Source: an uncultured Chloroflexia bacterium
Lineage (GTDB): Bacteria > Chloroflexota > Limnocylindria > Limnocylindrales > CSP1-4
DNA length: 64,000 nt
Assembly: GCA_963712745.1 (NCBI GenBank)
Contig: CAVQJC010000017.1
Coordinates: 256,001-320,000, forward strand
Direction of reading: 5' to 3'
Shown: positions 39,607 through 49,621 of the stretch, piece by piece
How positions within the stretch are numbered: position 1 is the stretch's first letter
Layout: each line of letters starts with the position of its first letter
Made by a program: the position numbers and the translations under genes
The notes under the pieces: generated by a model
Told to the model about the DNA's origin: nothing
What the model saw: only the letters and a program-made list of their open reading frames with translations
The model's database searches: none

Positions 39607-40428
39607 CTAGATCGTCTGGTTGGCCAGCTCCAACTGATGGACCGTGCGCCGCTGCAGCGCGTCGAGCCGCGCGGGGCCCAGCACCTCGCAGGCCCAGTCC
39701 CAGTGCAGCGCGACGACGTCACCGGGCGAGACATCGGAGACGAATCCTGTCCCGTCCAGCCAGCGCCGGACCGTCTGCACCTTCGGCTCCGCCAGCGCCA
39801 GTTTCCCGTCCTCCAGCCCCAGTGGCACCGCGTTCACCACCAGCGACTCTCCCGCGACCTCCATCACCCGCCCCCAGCGGATGCGGCAGGAATCCATGAG
39901 CCCGATCGCATCGGTCACCGCACCGCCGCGCATCAGTCCCACCCGCGGGAAGACGTCGAAGACGTGGAAGGCATGTGTCGGCCGTGCCCCCGCCTCCGGC
40001 TTGCCCTCGAGCCACTTCCAGGCTTCGGGCAGCAGTTGCGAGCGGAAACGCGTGTCCATCGAACGGGTCATGAGCCCCGGGTCCACGCTGTCGGAGAAGG
40101 CACTGCCGATCCAGTAGGCGTCAACAACGCGCAGATCCATGGGGTCATCGATGCCGTGGGCTGAAGCGATGAGCTCCAGGTAGGGATAGGCGCCCTCGAA
40201 GCCGGCTGCCAGGTCGCGCAGGCCGTGGTCGATCTCCAACGCCTGGGCCTGGCTGGGCCCGCTCGCCGAAGCACCGCCGGACGCGGCCGCGCCCAGCTCC
40301 AGCAGGGAGCGCCAGTCCTCCGGGCCACACAGGCCCAGGCGGTTGGGGCCGAAGGCGTAACGGGCGAAGAGCACGGGGCCCGTGGGCGTCGGGCGTGCGC
40401 TGGTGTCGGGAGGAGCGGGGAGGTTCAT
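39607..40428 (-). CDS. DUF6390-family protein with HypC-like C-terminal domain
   Basis: LFARYAFGPNRLGLCGP, FEGAYPYLELIA, VVDAYWIG, PTHAFHV, CRIRWGRV, GDVVALHWDWAC. Confidence 0.8.
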   Translation of the reverse strand: MNLPAPPDTSARPTPTGPVLFARYAFGPNRLGLCGPEDWRSLLELGAAASGGASASGPSQAQALEIDHGLRDLAAGFEGAYPYLELIASAHGIDDPMDLRVVDAYWIGSAFSDSVDPGLMTRSMDTRFRSQLLPEAWKWLEGKPEAGARPTHAFHVFDVFPRVGLMRGGAVTDAIGLMDSCRIRWGRVMEVAGESLVVNAVPLGLEDGKLALAEPKVQTVRRWLDGTGFVSDVSPGDVVALHWDWACEVLGPARLDALQRRTVHQLELANQTI

Positions 40429-40802
40429 CGGTAGCGGCACGTGGTGCGACTCAGCCGGTCGGCTCGGCGACTCCGCGCCGGAGCCTCGACCGTCGCCGGA
40501 GCCTCGACCGTCGCCGGAGCCTCGACCGTCGCCGGAGCCTCGACCGTCGCCGGAGCCTCGACCGTCGCCGGAGCCTCGACCTCGGGTCCAGGACCCATGA
40601 GGATGCTGAATGCGCGCGACATCTCTGCGGCCTGGTCCTCGTCGAGCTTGCGTACGACGGTGCCGCTGTTGACCAGCACCCAGTCGCCCACGACCAGGTC
40701 CGGCTCGAGCATCATCGAGGCCTTGTCCACGCGACCTCCGACCTCCACCTCGCACAGGCTGCCGTCGACGGCCACGACTCGCGCGGGGGCCATCAGGCAC
40801 AT
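40425..40802 (-). CDS. hypC: HypC/HupF-family hydrogenase chaperone with VEAPAT repeat tail
   Basis: MCLMAPARVV...VGDWVLVNSG...LDEDQAAE; 18-bp repeat at 40476-40581. Confidence 0.85.
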   Translation of the reverse strand: MCLMAPARVVAVDGSLCEVEVGGRVDKASMMLEPDLVVGDWVLVNSGTVVRKLDEDQAAEMSRAFSILMGPGPEVEAPATVEAPATVEAPATVEAPATVEAPATVEAPARSRRADRLSRTTCRYR

Positions 40803-41125
40803 GGCGCCACCTCGTGACAGACGACCGCGGGTCCGGGCACCTGCGGCAGGGGCGCACCGCAGTGGCCACACTGCGGGTGGGACGGCGAAGCGGTCGTGGC
40901 CAGCTCCCCGCACAGCTCGCAGTGCACGTCGTTCGTCTGCACCGTGAACGTGGTCGAGGGGTAGCCGTGTTGGGCCAGGATGGCAGAAGCGTAGAAGGCC
41001 ACGGCGCCAGCTTCTGCCCGCGTGGCATCGCGGATCTCCAGCTCCAGCTGGCCTCCACATCCCGACTTGGGCCAGCCGGCGATGACCTTCTCGATAGCGC
41101 CGCCGACGGCTCCTGCCTCATGCAT
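40793..41125 (-). CDS. hypA: Hydrogenase nickel metallochaperone HypA
   Basis: MHE N-terminus, CELC...CGHC. Confidence 0.85.
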   Translation of the reverse strand: MHEAGAVGGAIEKVIAGWPKSGCGGQLELEIRDATRAEAGAVAFYASAILAQHGYPSTTFTVQTNDVHCELCGELATTASPSHPQCGHCGAPLPQVPGPAVVCHEVAPCA

Positions 41126-41326
41126 GCGACCAGCATGCCCCAAGGGGGCAAACTGCGCCGATGCCGAGCGGCCTGCCGCAGCCGGGTCATGCGGCCCCAC
41201 CGCACCGTCCGAGTGGCCGAATGGCCTGCCGCACACCGCCGTTCGGCGGCGACACCGCCGAACGGCCCGTCGCGCGCATGTCCATCGGCCCTGTGGACCC
41301 GCTCACGACCGGTGCAACGTGGCTGG

Positions 41327-41809
41327 ATGACCGACTTCGCCACGTTGGCCTCCGGGATCAGCGCCACGTGGTTCGGCTCCGGGCTGTCGGAGGGCTCCGT
41401 GGAGCGCCTCGCCGGCATGGCCCGTGAGTACGAAACACCGGCTCGGGCGCGCCTTCTCCGGGAGGGCGACGAAACCAAGGAGCTCAGCGTCCTCGTCGAG
41501 GGACGCGTGGCATTGACCGAGCACGTCGCCGGGCGTGGCTCGGTCACCCTCATGACCGTCGAACCGGGCGACGTGTTCGGCTGGTCCGCACTCATCAACC
41601 CCTACAAGGCCACCTCTACGGTGGTCAGCCTGGAGCCCGTGAAGGTCCTCGCCTTCGACGCGGCTGCCCTCCGCGACGAGGTCCGCTCCAACTGCGAGCT
41701 GGCCGCGGGCATCTATCCCAGGCTCCTCGAGGCGCTGGCTCGCCGGCTCGGTGCCACGCGCCACCAGCTGCTCGACCTCTACGGGTCCGAACAGCGCGAA
41801 TCCTGGTAG
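41327..41809 (+). CDS. Stand-alone cyclic-nucleotide-binding domain protein
   Basis: LLREGD...VEGRV...PGDVFGWSAL...ATSTV; no C-terminal HTH. Confidence 0.85.
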   Translation: MTDFATLASGISATWFGSGLSEGSVERLAGMAREYETPARARLLREGDETKELSVLVEGRVALTEHVAGRGSVTLMTVEPGDVFGWSALINPYKATSTVVSLEPVKVLAFDAAALRDEVRSNCELAAGIYPRLLEALARRLGATRHQLLDLYGSEQRESW

Positions 41810-41897
41810 TCGTGTCGGTCGTCCAGGCCGGCTGAACCCAGGTTCCCCCACAACCAAAGAAACGGAGAGCTGGAAACAGCAAGGAGGGAGCCTGGCT

Positions 41898-43874
41898 GTG
41901 ATCGATCTGACCACAAGGGCGTGGCTCGCCCGCGAAGACCTTGACCGCCTCATCGCGCTGCTGCGCGAGGACGGCCGCAAGGTCGTCGGGCCCACGGTGC
42001 AGGACTCGGCCATCGTCTACGACGAGATCGGGTCCACGGCCGACCTGCCCACGGGCATCACCGACGAGCAGGCGCCGGGCCGCTACCGGCTGGAGCGCGA
42101 CACGAACGACAGCTCTGAACGGTCGTTCGACTTTGCCTCCTCGCCCATGTCGTGGAAGTCGTTCACCTATCCCGCTTCCGTGCCCCTCGCCCGCGCCCAT
42201 CGCGACGGCGACGCGCTGACCTACGACCACATCAAGCATGACGCCCCGCGCATGGCCTACCTCGGCGTCCGCGCCTGCGACCTGGCTGCCCTCGACATCC
42301 ACGACGACGTGCTTGCCGGCGGGCCCTATATCGACGAGGACTACGCCGACCGCCGGGGCAAGGCTTTCATCGTGGCAGTCCAGTGCGCGCGCCCGGCGAG
42401 CACCTGCTTCTGCGCTTCGATGGGCACCGGTCCGGAGGTGAGCACCGGCTTCGATGTCGCCCTCATCGAACTCGACGAGGGCTATGTGGCCAGGGCCGGC
42501 AGTGAGGCCGGCCAGGATCTGCTTGAGCAGCTCGAGTTGGGCGAGGCCACGTCGATCCAGATGCACGCGGCGGCCGGCGTGGGCGTGGAGTCCCGCGCCC
42601 GCATGAGCGAACAGCTCGGAGTGCACACCGAGGGCCTACGCGACCGGCTCATGAAACAGCTCGAAGCGAAGGGCTGGGACGATATCGCCGAGCGCTGCCT
42701 GGCCTGCACCAACTGCACCATGGCCTGCCCCACCTGCTTCTGCACTGACGTCCGCCAGACGTCCGACCTGGCCGGTACCGAGACGACGAGCGAGCGCCAG
42801 TGGGCCAGCTGCTTCACGCTCGACTTCGCGCGCGTTGCCCACGGCAACTTCCGACCTCGCGTGCGCGACCGCTACCGCCAGTGGCTGACCCACAAGTTCA
42901 GTACCTGGGTCGACCAGTTCGGAACCTTCGGCTGCGTCGGCTGCGGCCGCTGCATCACCTGGTGCCCGGTGGGCATCGATGTGCGCAAGTCGCTGCTGGC
43001 CGTGGCCCCGATGAAGCCGTCGCTGGCCGGGACTGAGAAGCCGGTGCCGGTCTCGGCCAACCCCGGTCGCTACTCGATCGGCACCATCGCCGACGTCTGG
43101 GCAGAGAACAGGAACGTCTACACCATGACCCTCACTGACCTGCCCGAGGCGGTCTGCTCCGGCACGCCGGGCCAGTTCCTGATGCTCGATCTGCCGGGCT
43201 TCAGTGCCGTGCCCATCTCGGTCTCGCGCTACCGGGAAGGCGAGGTCTACCTCACCATCCGCACCGAGGGTGCGACCACGCGCGCGATCACCGCCCTGCG
43301 CCCCGGCTCCCAGCTGGGGTTGCGCGGTCCGGTCGGGCGTGGTTGGCCCATCGAGGAGGCCTTCGGCCGCGATGTCGTCATCGTGGCCGGGGGGATCGGG
43401 CTGCCCCCTCTCCGGCCCCTCATCGACGAGATCCTCAAGTCACGCGGCCACTTCGGGCGGGTGCGCCTGTTCTACGGCGCCCGCACCCCCAACGATCTGC
43501 TCTTCACCGAGGAGTTGAAGGCCTGGGGTGCACGCCAGGACATCAGCGTGGGCGTGACCGTCGACCGCGCCCAGGTGGGCACCTGGGCGGGCGCGGTGGG
43601 CGTGGTCACCCAGCTCTTCGACCGCGAGCCCATGGACGGCAGCCACACCACGGCCTTTATCTGCGGCCCCCAGACGATGATGTCGGCCACGGCCAACTCG
43701 CTAGCCGGCCGGGGCATCCTGCCCGAGCGCATCTTCCTCTCGATGGAGCGGCACATGCAGTGCGGCATCGGACTCTGTGGGCACTGCCAGATGGGCCAGA
43801 ACTTCGTGTGCAAGGACGGGCCGGTGTTCTCCCGCAGAGAACTGGGTGAATCGCTGGACGTGGAGGGTCTGTGA
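41898..43874 (+). CDS. Fused group 3b hydrogenase beta (4Fe-4S, AsrA-like) and gamma (FAD/NAD(P)-binding, AsrB-like) subunits
   Basis: [35 protein letters not shown]; then [36 protein letters not shown]; RBS aaggagg. Confidence 0.9.
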   Translation: MIDLTTRAWLAREDLDRLIALLREDGRKVVGPTVQDSAIVYDEIGSTADLPTGITDEQAPGRYRLERDTNDSSERSFDFASSPMSWKSFTYPASVPLARAHRDGDALTYDHIKHDAPRMAYLGVRACDLAALDIHDDVLAGGPYIDEDYADRRGKAFIVAVQCARPASTCFCASMGTGPEVSTGFDVALIELDEGYVARAGSEAGQDLLEQLELGEATSIQMHAAAGVGVESRARMSEQLGVHTEGLRDRLMKQLEAKGWDDIAERCLACTNCTMACPTCFCTDVRQTSDLAGTETTSERQWASCFTLDFARVAHGNFRPRVRDRYRQWLTHKFSTWVDQFGTFGCVGCGRCITWCPVGIDVRKSLLAVAPMKPSLAGTEKPVPVSANPGRYSIGTIADVWAENRNVYTMTLTDLPEAVCSGTPGQFLMLDLPGFSAVPISVSRYREGEVYLTIRTEGATTRAITALRPGSQLGLRGPVGRGWPIEEAFGRDVVIVAGGIGLPPLRPLIDEILKSRGHFGRVRLFYGARTPNDLLFTEELKAWGARQDISVGVTVDRAQVGTWAGAVGVVTQLFDREPMDGSHTTAFICGPQTMMSATANSLAGRGILPERIFLSMERHMQCGIGLCGHCQMGQNFVCKDGPVFSRRELGESLDVEGL

Positions 43875-44728
43875 TGGCGGCCGACGGGAACAAGGCCCCG
43901 CGCGTGGGGGTCGTCAAGCTCGCCTCGTGTGACGGCTGCCAGCTGGGCTTCCTGGACCTGGGGCCGGCGCTGCTCGACATCGGCGCCACCTACCACATCG
44001 TGGAGTTCGCAGAGGCCTCGTCGAGCCGCGCGCCTGACGGGCCCTTCGACATCCTCTTCGTGGAGGGCTCGGTCTCGACCGTCGAGCAGGCCCGCCACAT
44101 CCGCCGCCTGCGTGAGCGGGCCGCGGTGCTCGTGACCATCGGTGCCTGCGCCACCAGCGGCGGCATCCAGGCCCTGCGGGCCTGGGCCGGCAACGACGGT
44201 GGCATCGCCGGCTTCGTGGACGCCGTCTACGCCACACCCGAGTACATCTCCACGCTGGAGCGGGCGCAGCCGGTGGCCGACTTCGTCGAGGTCGACGCCG
44301 AGCTGCGGGGTTGCCCCATCGACACCGGCCAGCTGGTGGAGCTGCTCACGGCCACGGCCATCGGCCGCCGGCCGCAGCTGTCCTCCGAAGCGGTGTGTGT
44401 GGAGTGCAAGCGTGCAGGCCGGGTGTGCGTGATGGTCGCGCGCGGCGAACCCTGCCTGGGCCCCATCATCTCAAGTGGCTGCAACGCGCTCTGCCCGGGC
44501 ATGGCACGCGGCTGCTACGGCTGCTTCGGCCCGCGCGAGAGCGCCAACGGGGCCTCGCTCTCAGGTTGGTTCGGCGACTCGCTGGAGCTGCCTGACGAGC
44601 AGGTCGCCGCCAAGTTCGCCGTCTTCACGGCCTGGGCGCCGGAGTTGCGCGAGGTCATCGAGGCGAGGGGAGGGCCGCCCGGCATGCGTGCCGACAAGGC
44701 TCAGAGCGGCGAAGGAGGTGCGGCATGA
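43874..44728 (+). CDS. [NiFe] hydrogenase small (delta) subunit, group 3b
   Basis: SCDGCQ, GACATSGG, RGCP, VCVEC...PCLGP...CNALCP...CYGC. Confidence 0.92.
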   Translation: MAADGNKAPRVGVVKLASCDGCQLGFLDLGPALLDIGATYHIVEFAEASSSRAPDGPFDILFVEGSVSTVEQARHIRRLRERAAVLVTIGACATSGGIQALRAWAGNDGGIAGFVDAVYATPEYISTLERAQPVADFVEVDAELRGCPIDTGQLVELLTATAIGRRPQLSSEAVCVECKRAGRVCVMVARGEPCLGPIISSGCNALCPGMARGCYGCFGPRESANGASLSGWFGDSLELPDEQVAAKFAVFTAWAPELREVIEARGGPPGMRADKAQSGEGGAA

Positions 44729-46053
44729 CCCGCGTGAAGGCGACCGAGACGATCTCGGTGCCCGAGGAGCGCACCTTCGCGGTCGATTCGATGTCCCGGG
44801 TCGAAGGCGAGGGTCGGCTCAAGGTGGTGGTCAGGGGCGACGAGGTCGTCTCGGCCGAGCTCTCGATCTTCGAAGCTCCGCGCTTCTTCGAGCGGCTGGT
44901 GGTGGGCCGGGAGCCCGACCAGGTCATCGACATGGTCGCCCGCATCTGCGGCATCTGCCCGGTGGCCTACCAGATGACCGCGGCAGAAAGCTTCGAGCGG
45001 CTCTTCGGGGTGGAGCTCGATCCATCGGTGCGAGCGCTGCGGCGGCTGTTCTACTGGGGCGAGTGGCTGCAGAGCCACGCCCTGCACGTCTACCTGCTAA
45101 ACGCGCCCGACTTCCTCGGTTACGACAGCGCCATCGACATGGCCCGCGACCACCGCAAGATCGTGGAGCGGGGCCTGGCTCTCAAGCAGGCCGGCGTCGA
45201 CATCATGGCCCTCATCGGTGGTCGGTCGGTCCATCCGGTCGGCATGCGCGTGGGCGGCTTCTATCGAGTGCCCTCGAAGTCCAAGCTGCGGGCCATGCTG
45301 CCGGGGCTCGAGACGGCCCTGGCCCAGGCGCAGGAGACGGTGCACTGGACGGCCTCGTTCGAACTGCCCGACTTCGAGCGCGATCCGCTCATGCTCTCGA
45401 TGTACGACCCGGAGTTGTACGCCCTCGACACCGGCCGGCTGGTCACCACCGAGGGCCTCGACGTCGATCCCGGCGAATGGGACTCGGCCTTCACCGAGCA
45501 GCATGTCGAGCACTCCACCGCGCTGCAGGCCACCAGCCTCGATGGCAAGCACCATCTGCTGGGCCCGGCCTCACGTGTCGTGCTATCCGGCCAGGGCCTG
45601 CACCCGCTGGCCAAGGCCGCGCTGGAGGAGGCCGGCGGCGAAGAGACGATCCGCCGCAACATGTTCGCGGCCATCACCGCGCGTGGCGTGGAGATGGTGC
45701 ACGCCGCCGCGGAGGCCATGGCCATCGTCGAGGCCTGGGAGCCGCCGACGGACCCGTACGTGGAGTGGGAGCCACGGTCGGGCGTCGCCTCGTGGGCCAC
45801 CGAGGCGCCGCGTGGCGTGCTCTTCCACCGCTACGATGTGGACGAGGACGGGCGCGTGACCAAGGCGCGCATCGTGCCGCCGACCTCGCAGAACCAGGCC
45901 TTCATGGAGGACGACATGCGCGAGTTCGTGCCCTCGGTCCTCGACCTGCCCGAGCCGGAGGCCGCGGCCAGGCTGGAGGCGCTCATCCGCTGCTATGACC
46001 CCTGCATCAGCTGCGCCACGCACTTCCTGCGCCTGGAGATCGAGCGCGTCTAG
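44725..46053 (+). CDS. [NiFe] hydrogenase large (alpha) subunit, group 3b
   Basis: RVEGEG, L1 RICGICPVAY, EAPRG, L2 YDPCISCATH plus cleavable C-terminal tail. Confidence 0.95.
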   Translation: MTRVKATETISVPEERTFAVDSMSRVEGEGRLKVVVRGDEVVSAELSIFEAPRFFERLVVGREPDQVIDMVARICGICPVAYQMTAAESFERLFGVELDPSVRALRRLFYWGEWLQSHALHVYLLNAPDFLGYDSAIDMARDHRKIVERGLALKQAGVDIMALIGGRSVHPVGMRVGGFYRVPSKSKLRAMLPGLETALAQAQETVHWTASFELPDFERDPLMLSMYDPELYALDTGRLVTTEGLDVDPGEWDSAFTEQHVEHSTALQATSLDGKHHLLGPASRVVLSGQGLHPLAKAALEEAGGEETIRRNMFAAITARGVEMVHAAAEAMAIVEAWEPPTDPYVEWEPRSGVASWATEAPRGVLFHRYDVDEDGRVTKARIVPPTSQNQAFMEDDMREFVPSVLDLPEPEAAARLEALIRCYDPCISCATHFLRLEIERV

Positions 46054-46118
46054 TGGCCGGCCGCTCGTGGTGATTCGCTAGTGGCCAGCGCGCGGCGGCT
46101 CCCCGACGGCCTCGTGGG

Positions 46119-46742
46119 GTGACCAGCCGCGTGGTCGTGTTCGCCTGCGGTGATCCCCTGCGGGGCGACGATTCGGTGGCTCATGTGGCCTGCCGGGCGT
46201 TGCCGCCGGAGGCCCTGGCGCGCGTGGACATCAAGCTCGTCGGCGCGCTGCAGCCCGAGTACCTGCGGGACCTGCCGGCGGGGGTGCGCGCGGTCATCGT
46301 CGATGCCGTCGTCGGTCCGTCCCCGGGCCAGATCGTGGAGATGCTGCTCTCGGAGATGAGTGGCCGCGCGGAGTCGGTCATCACCACCTCCACACACCAG
46401 CTGCCGCTCGACGAGGTCGTGGCCCTGGCGCAGCTGCTCCGCGACGAGCCCGTTCAGGGGCGTTTCGTGGGCATGGGCATCGAATTGGTCGAGGTCGGCG
46501 AGCACGTGACGCCGTCGGTGGAGTCGTCCCTGGCCGCCCTCACCGCGGCCGTGGCACGGGCGGTGGCAGAGCTCGACCCCGGCGACAGAGATCGAGCTCG
46601 GGAAGGTCATCGCGTCGGAGGCGTGGGTGCCGGTCCGAGGCCGCTAGCGTCGCCTCCATGCGCCTCGATCAGATCCCCGAGTGCCTCCCAGTCTTCCGCG
46701 TCCACGTCGGCGTCGTCGTCCAGGTCGAGGCGCGGGTCGTAG
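46119..46742 (+). CDS. Hydrogenase maturation protease
   Basis: VVVFACGDPLRGDDSV, IVDA, STHQL; directly downstream of the large subunit. Confidence 0.8.
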   Translation: MTSRVVVFACGDPLRGDDSVAHVACRALPPEALARVDIKLVGALQPEYLRDLPAGVRAVIVDAVVGPSPGQIVEMLLSEMSGRAESVITTSTHQLPLDEVVALAQLLRDEPVQGRFVGMGIELVEVGEHVTPSVESSLAALTAAVARAVAELDPGDRDRAREGHRVGGVGAGPRPLASPPCASIRSPSASQSSASTSASSSRSRRGS

Positions 46743-47903
46743 CCGCCTGTCAGGAACGTCCCGAATGCGGCTCCCGCATCCTTGGTCGTGACCATGCCGT
46801 CTCGGTTGAAGTCGCCCAGGATCTCGCCCTCGGGCGGGATCGGCGCCCAGCCGCTCCTCGACCTGCCGGATGCGGGCGCTGCGCTCGACGTCTTCGGGCT
46901 CGGGATCGACGACGTCGACGTCGTTCGCGAGCAGCCGGAAGAGCTCGGCGTCGTCGGCGTCGAGGCTTCGGTCGCCGGTCAGGTCGAGCCGCCCGTCGAA
47001 GCCGGGGTCCGTACTGCCGAGGGGCGGTTCTCCCTCGCCCGGAAGCCCGCCCTCGAGGATCGCCTGGTCCGTCTCGTCGATGAGGCCGTCGCCGTTCATG
47101 TCGTGGAAGAACGGGTCGTCGTACGGCCCGCGGGCTCCCTGCAGCGAGGGCAGCGTGCCGCCGATGGCGGTCGTCAGCTGGGCGCCGAGGAAGATCAGGT
47201 CGCCGGGGACATCTGCGGGGAAGGCCTGGAACTCCAGCACCACGGTGGGTCCCAGCAGCGCGCGCCGGACCAGTGGCGCACCCGGGTCGATGTTCACCGA
47301 CTCGATGGGCACCGTCGTGCAGCCGTCGTCGAGCCCATCGGGCTCCTCGTTCGGGCCCAGCCGCGAGCCGTCGAGCAGCGGGCAGCCCCAGGCCACCAGC
47401 CGGATCACGCCGCCCTCGCCGATGGTGGCGTCCTCGGGTTGCACGTACAGCCGCTGCTCGCTCGCTGACGAGGCGCTGCCGCCTGATCGGTCGGGCGGCT
47501 CGTTGATGGTGACGGTGGTGGTGCCCTCGGCCTTGCCTTGCTTGACGGTCAGCGTGTAGGTCCCCGGCCTCTTGCCCTCGACCACCGACTGGGCGCCCTT
47601 CTTCGCGCCCAGCGTGAGGCCCTTCTTGGGCATGACCTGCCACCTGGCCTTCCTGGCGTCCTTGCAGCCAGTGCCGTCCGCGTTGCAGATGCTCGCCCAG
47701 AGGCTGCGACGTTGGCCCACCAGCATGATGTGATCGGCCGGGTCGACCATGATGATCTTGGCCGCCCTGGGTTCGCTGGCCTTCTCGGAGGCTCCCTCGC
47801 CGGGTAGATGCTGGCTGGCCTGCGCGGCGCTGCCCATCGCCAACACGGCTACGAAGGCCAGGCCAGCGGCCGCTCTCCACGGGTTCTGGGGTCGAGTGCT
47901 CAT
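46607..47903 (-). CDS. Secreted Ig-like protein with dockerin/EF-hand-like Ca-binding repeats; frameshift near 46845
   Basis: Signal peptide (AAQA-S); DMNGDGLIDETD and DLTGDRSLDADD, then in a second frame DFNRDGMVTTKD and DLDDDADVDAED. Confidence 0.7.
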
Positions 47904-48031
47904 GGGTCCTCCCGCCGGTCTCGTCGCCCCCACGCCTGGCGTCAGTATCGCCAACGGCGTCAACGCTGCCTTGAGACGCTGCCTTGACGCCGGCCTTGAC
48001 ACCACGAGCGCCGCCCATCCACGCTGAGCCG

Positions 48032-49354
48032 ATGCCTGACGTTCGCTTCGCCCGGAGCGGTGATATCTCTGTCGCCTACGCAGTCAACGGCGACGGTCCC
48101 ATCGACATCGTCTATGTCCAGGGCGCCTACTCCCACCTCGAGGTCTGGTGGGATCTGCCGCCGTTCCGCGCGTTTTGCGAGCGCATCGGCGAGTTCGCCC
48201 GGCTCATCCGGTTCGACAAGCGTGGCATGGGCATGTCCGACCGGGTCCCCGGCGCGACCACGCTCGAGGAGCGCATGGACGACATCCGCGCGGTGATGGA
48301 CGCGGTCGGCAGCGAGCGAGCAGCGCTCATCGGCGAGTCCGAAGGTGGGCCCCTGGCGATGCTGTTTGCGGCCGCGCACCCGGAACGCACCCGAGCCCTC
48401 ATCCTGCAGGGCGCCGAGGTGCGTGAGCGGACCGATGACGAGTGGCCCTGGGGCGAGAACACTGCGGAGGAGTTCGAGGCCGCCATCGCGGCAATCCCCG
48501 ATCGATGGGCTCAGGGTCGCTCGTTCCAGCACCTGGTGCCGAGCATCGGCGACGCCGAGTGGGGCCGCGAGTTTCTGGCGCGCTTGCAGCGCAATGCCGC
48601 CACGCCCAGTGCCTGGGAGGCCTTCGCGCGGATGGCCTTCGACATCGACGTCCGCCACGTCGCCCCGGCCATCAACGTGCCCACGCTCATCTTCCACGCG
48701 GTCGATGACCGAGTCTGTCACGTCGAGAATGCCCGCTTCCTCGCGCGCACCATCCCCCATGCCCAGTACGTGGAGCGTGACGGGGCCGATCACCTGCCGT
48801 GGGCAGAGGACGCCGACGGTTTCATCGCCGAGCTCCGCGGATTCCTGACCGGCGAGCGCGAGTCGGTCGACGCCGACCGCGTTCTCGCGACCATCCTCTT
48901 CACCGACATCGTGGGTTCGACCGACGGTGCGGCCACGCTCGGTGACCGCCGTTGGCGCGAGGTGCTCGCACAGCATCACCGCATCGTGCGGGGGGCAGTC
49001 GAGCGCCATGCCGGGCACGAGGTGGACATGGCCGGTGACGGCATCCTGGCCACCTTCGACGGTCCGGCCCGCGCCATCCGTTGCGCCCAGGCTATCCAGC
49101 GCGAGACCGCACCGCTGGGGCTGCAGGTTCGCGCTGGAGTGCATACGGGAGAGATCGAGCGGATGGGCGATGGGGTCGCCGGCATCGCCGTCCACGTGGG
49201 GTCGCGGGTGGCCTCAGCCGCGGGACCGGGAGAGGTCTGGGTATCGTCCATCGTGCCGCAGCTCACGGCCGGTAGCGGCATCGCGTACCAGGAACGAGGC
49301 GTCCACCAGCTCAAGGGTGTGGACGAGGAGCAGCGCCTCTACTCGGTAGCATGA
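48032..49354 (+). CDS. Alpha/beta hydrolase fused to class III adenylate/guanylate cyclase (LipJ-like)
   Basis: FDKRGMGMSD, GESEGG; ATILFTDIVGST, AGDG, RAGVHTGE, LKGV. Confidence 0.9.
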   Translation: MPDVRFARSGDISVAYAVNGDGPIDIVYVQGAYSHLEVWWDLPPFRAFCERIGEFARLIRFDKRGMGMSDRVPGATTLEERMDDIRAVMDAVGSERAALIGESEGGPLAMLFAAAHPERTRALILQGAEVRERTDDEWPWGENTAEEFEAAIAAIPDRWAQGRSFQHLVPSIGDAEWGREFLARLQRNAATPSAWEAFARMAFDIDVRHVAPAINVPTLIFHAVDDRVCHVENARFLARTIPHAQYVERDGADHLPWAEDADGFIAELRGFLTGERESVDADRVLATILFTDIVGSTDGAATLGDRRWREVLAQHHRIVRGAVERHAGHEVDMAGDGILATFDGPARAIRCAQAIQRETAPLGLQVRAGVHTGEIERMGDGVAGIAVHVGSRVASAAGPGEVWVSSIVPQLTAGSGIAYQERGVHQLKGVDEEQRLYSVA

Positions 49355-49621
49355 CTGACTGCGACCATGAGAGCGCGACGTCGACGTGCCGGGAGGCCGT
49401 TCCGCCACGGGTGGCGCCGCGAAGGGATGGCGGCTGGATGCGCCCTCGCGCCCGATGGCCCTTGACCCCGTCGTACCATTGTGTCGCCCAGTGATCCCGG
49501 CTCCCGCCGGGCAGGCTTTGGAGGAGGCGTGGGCGATAGGCACGGTCCGTGCGGATTGGGAGACGCGCGGTTGCGGGTCTGCCGTTGACGTGCTCCTCTC
49601 GCAACGAAAGGAGCAACCCAT

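Noticed and set aside
38604-39899. ORFs with MPRTPVPFA/CRSPCRGRL repeats (e.g. a RiPP precursor)
   Set aside because: The 27-bp array is open in multiple frames on both strands, copies show no synonymous variation, and no modifying enzymes are nearby
39607-41598. 663-aa single protein spanning DUF6390 and upstream sequence
   Set aside because: The upstream part overlaps hypC and hypA in other frames; the likely start is ATG 40428, coupled to the hypC stop
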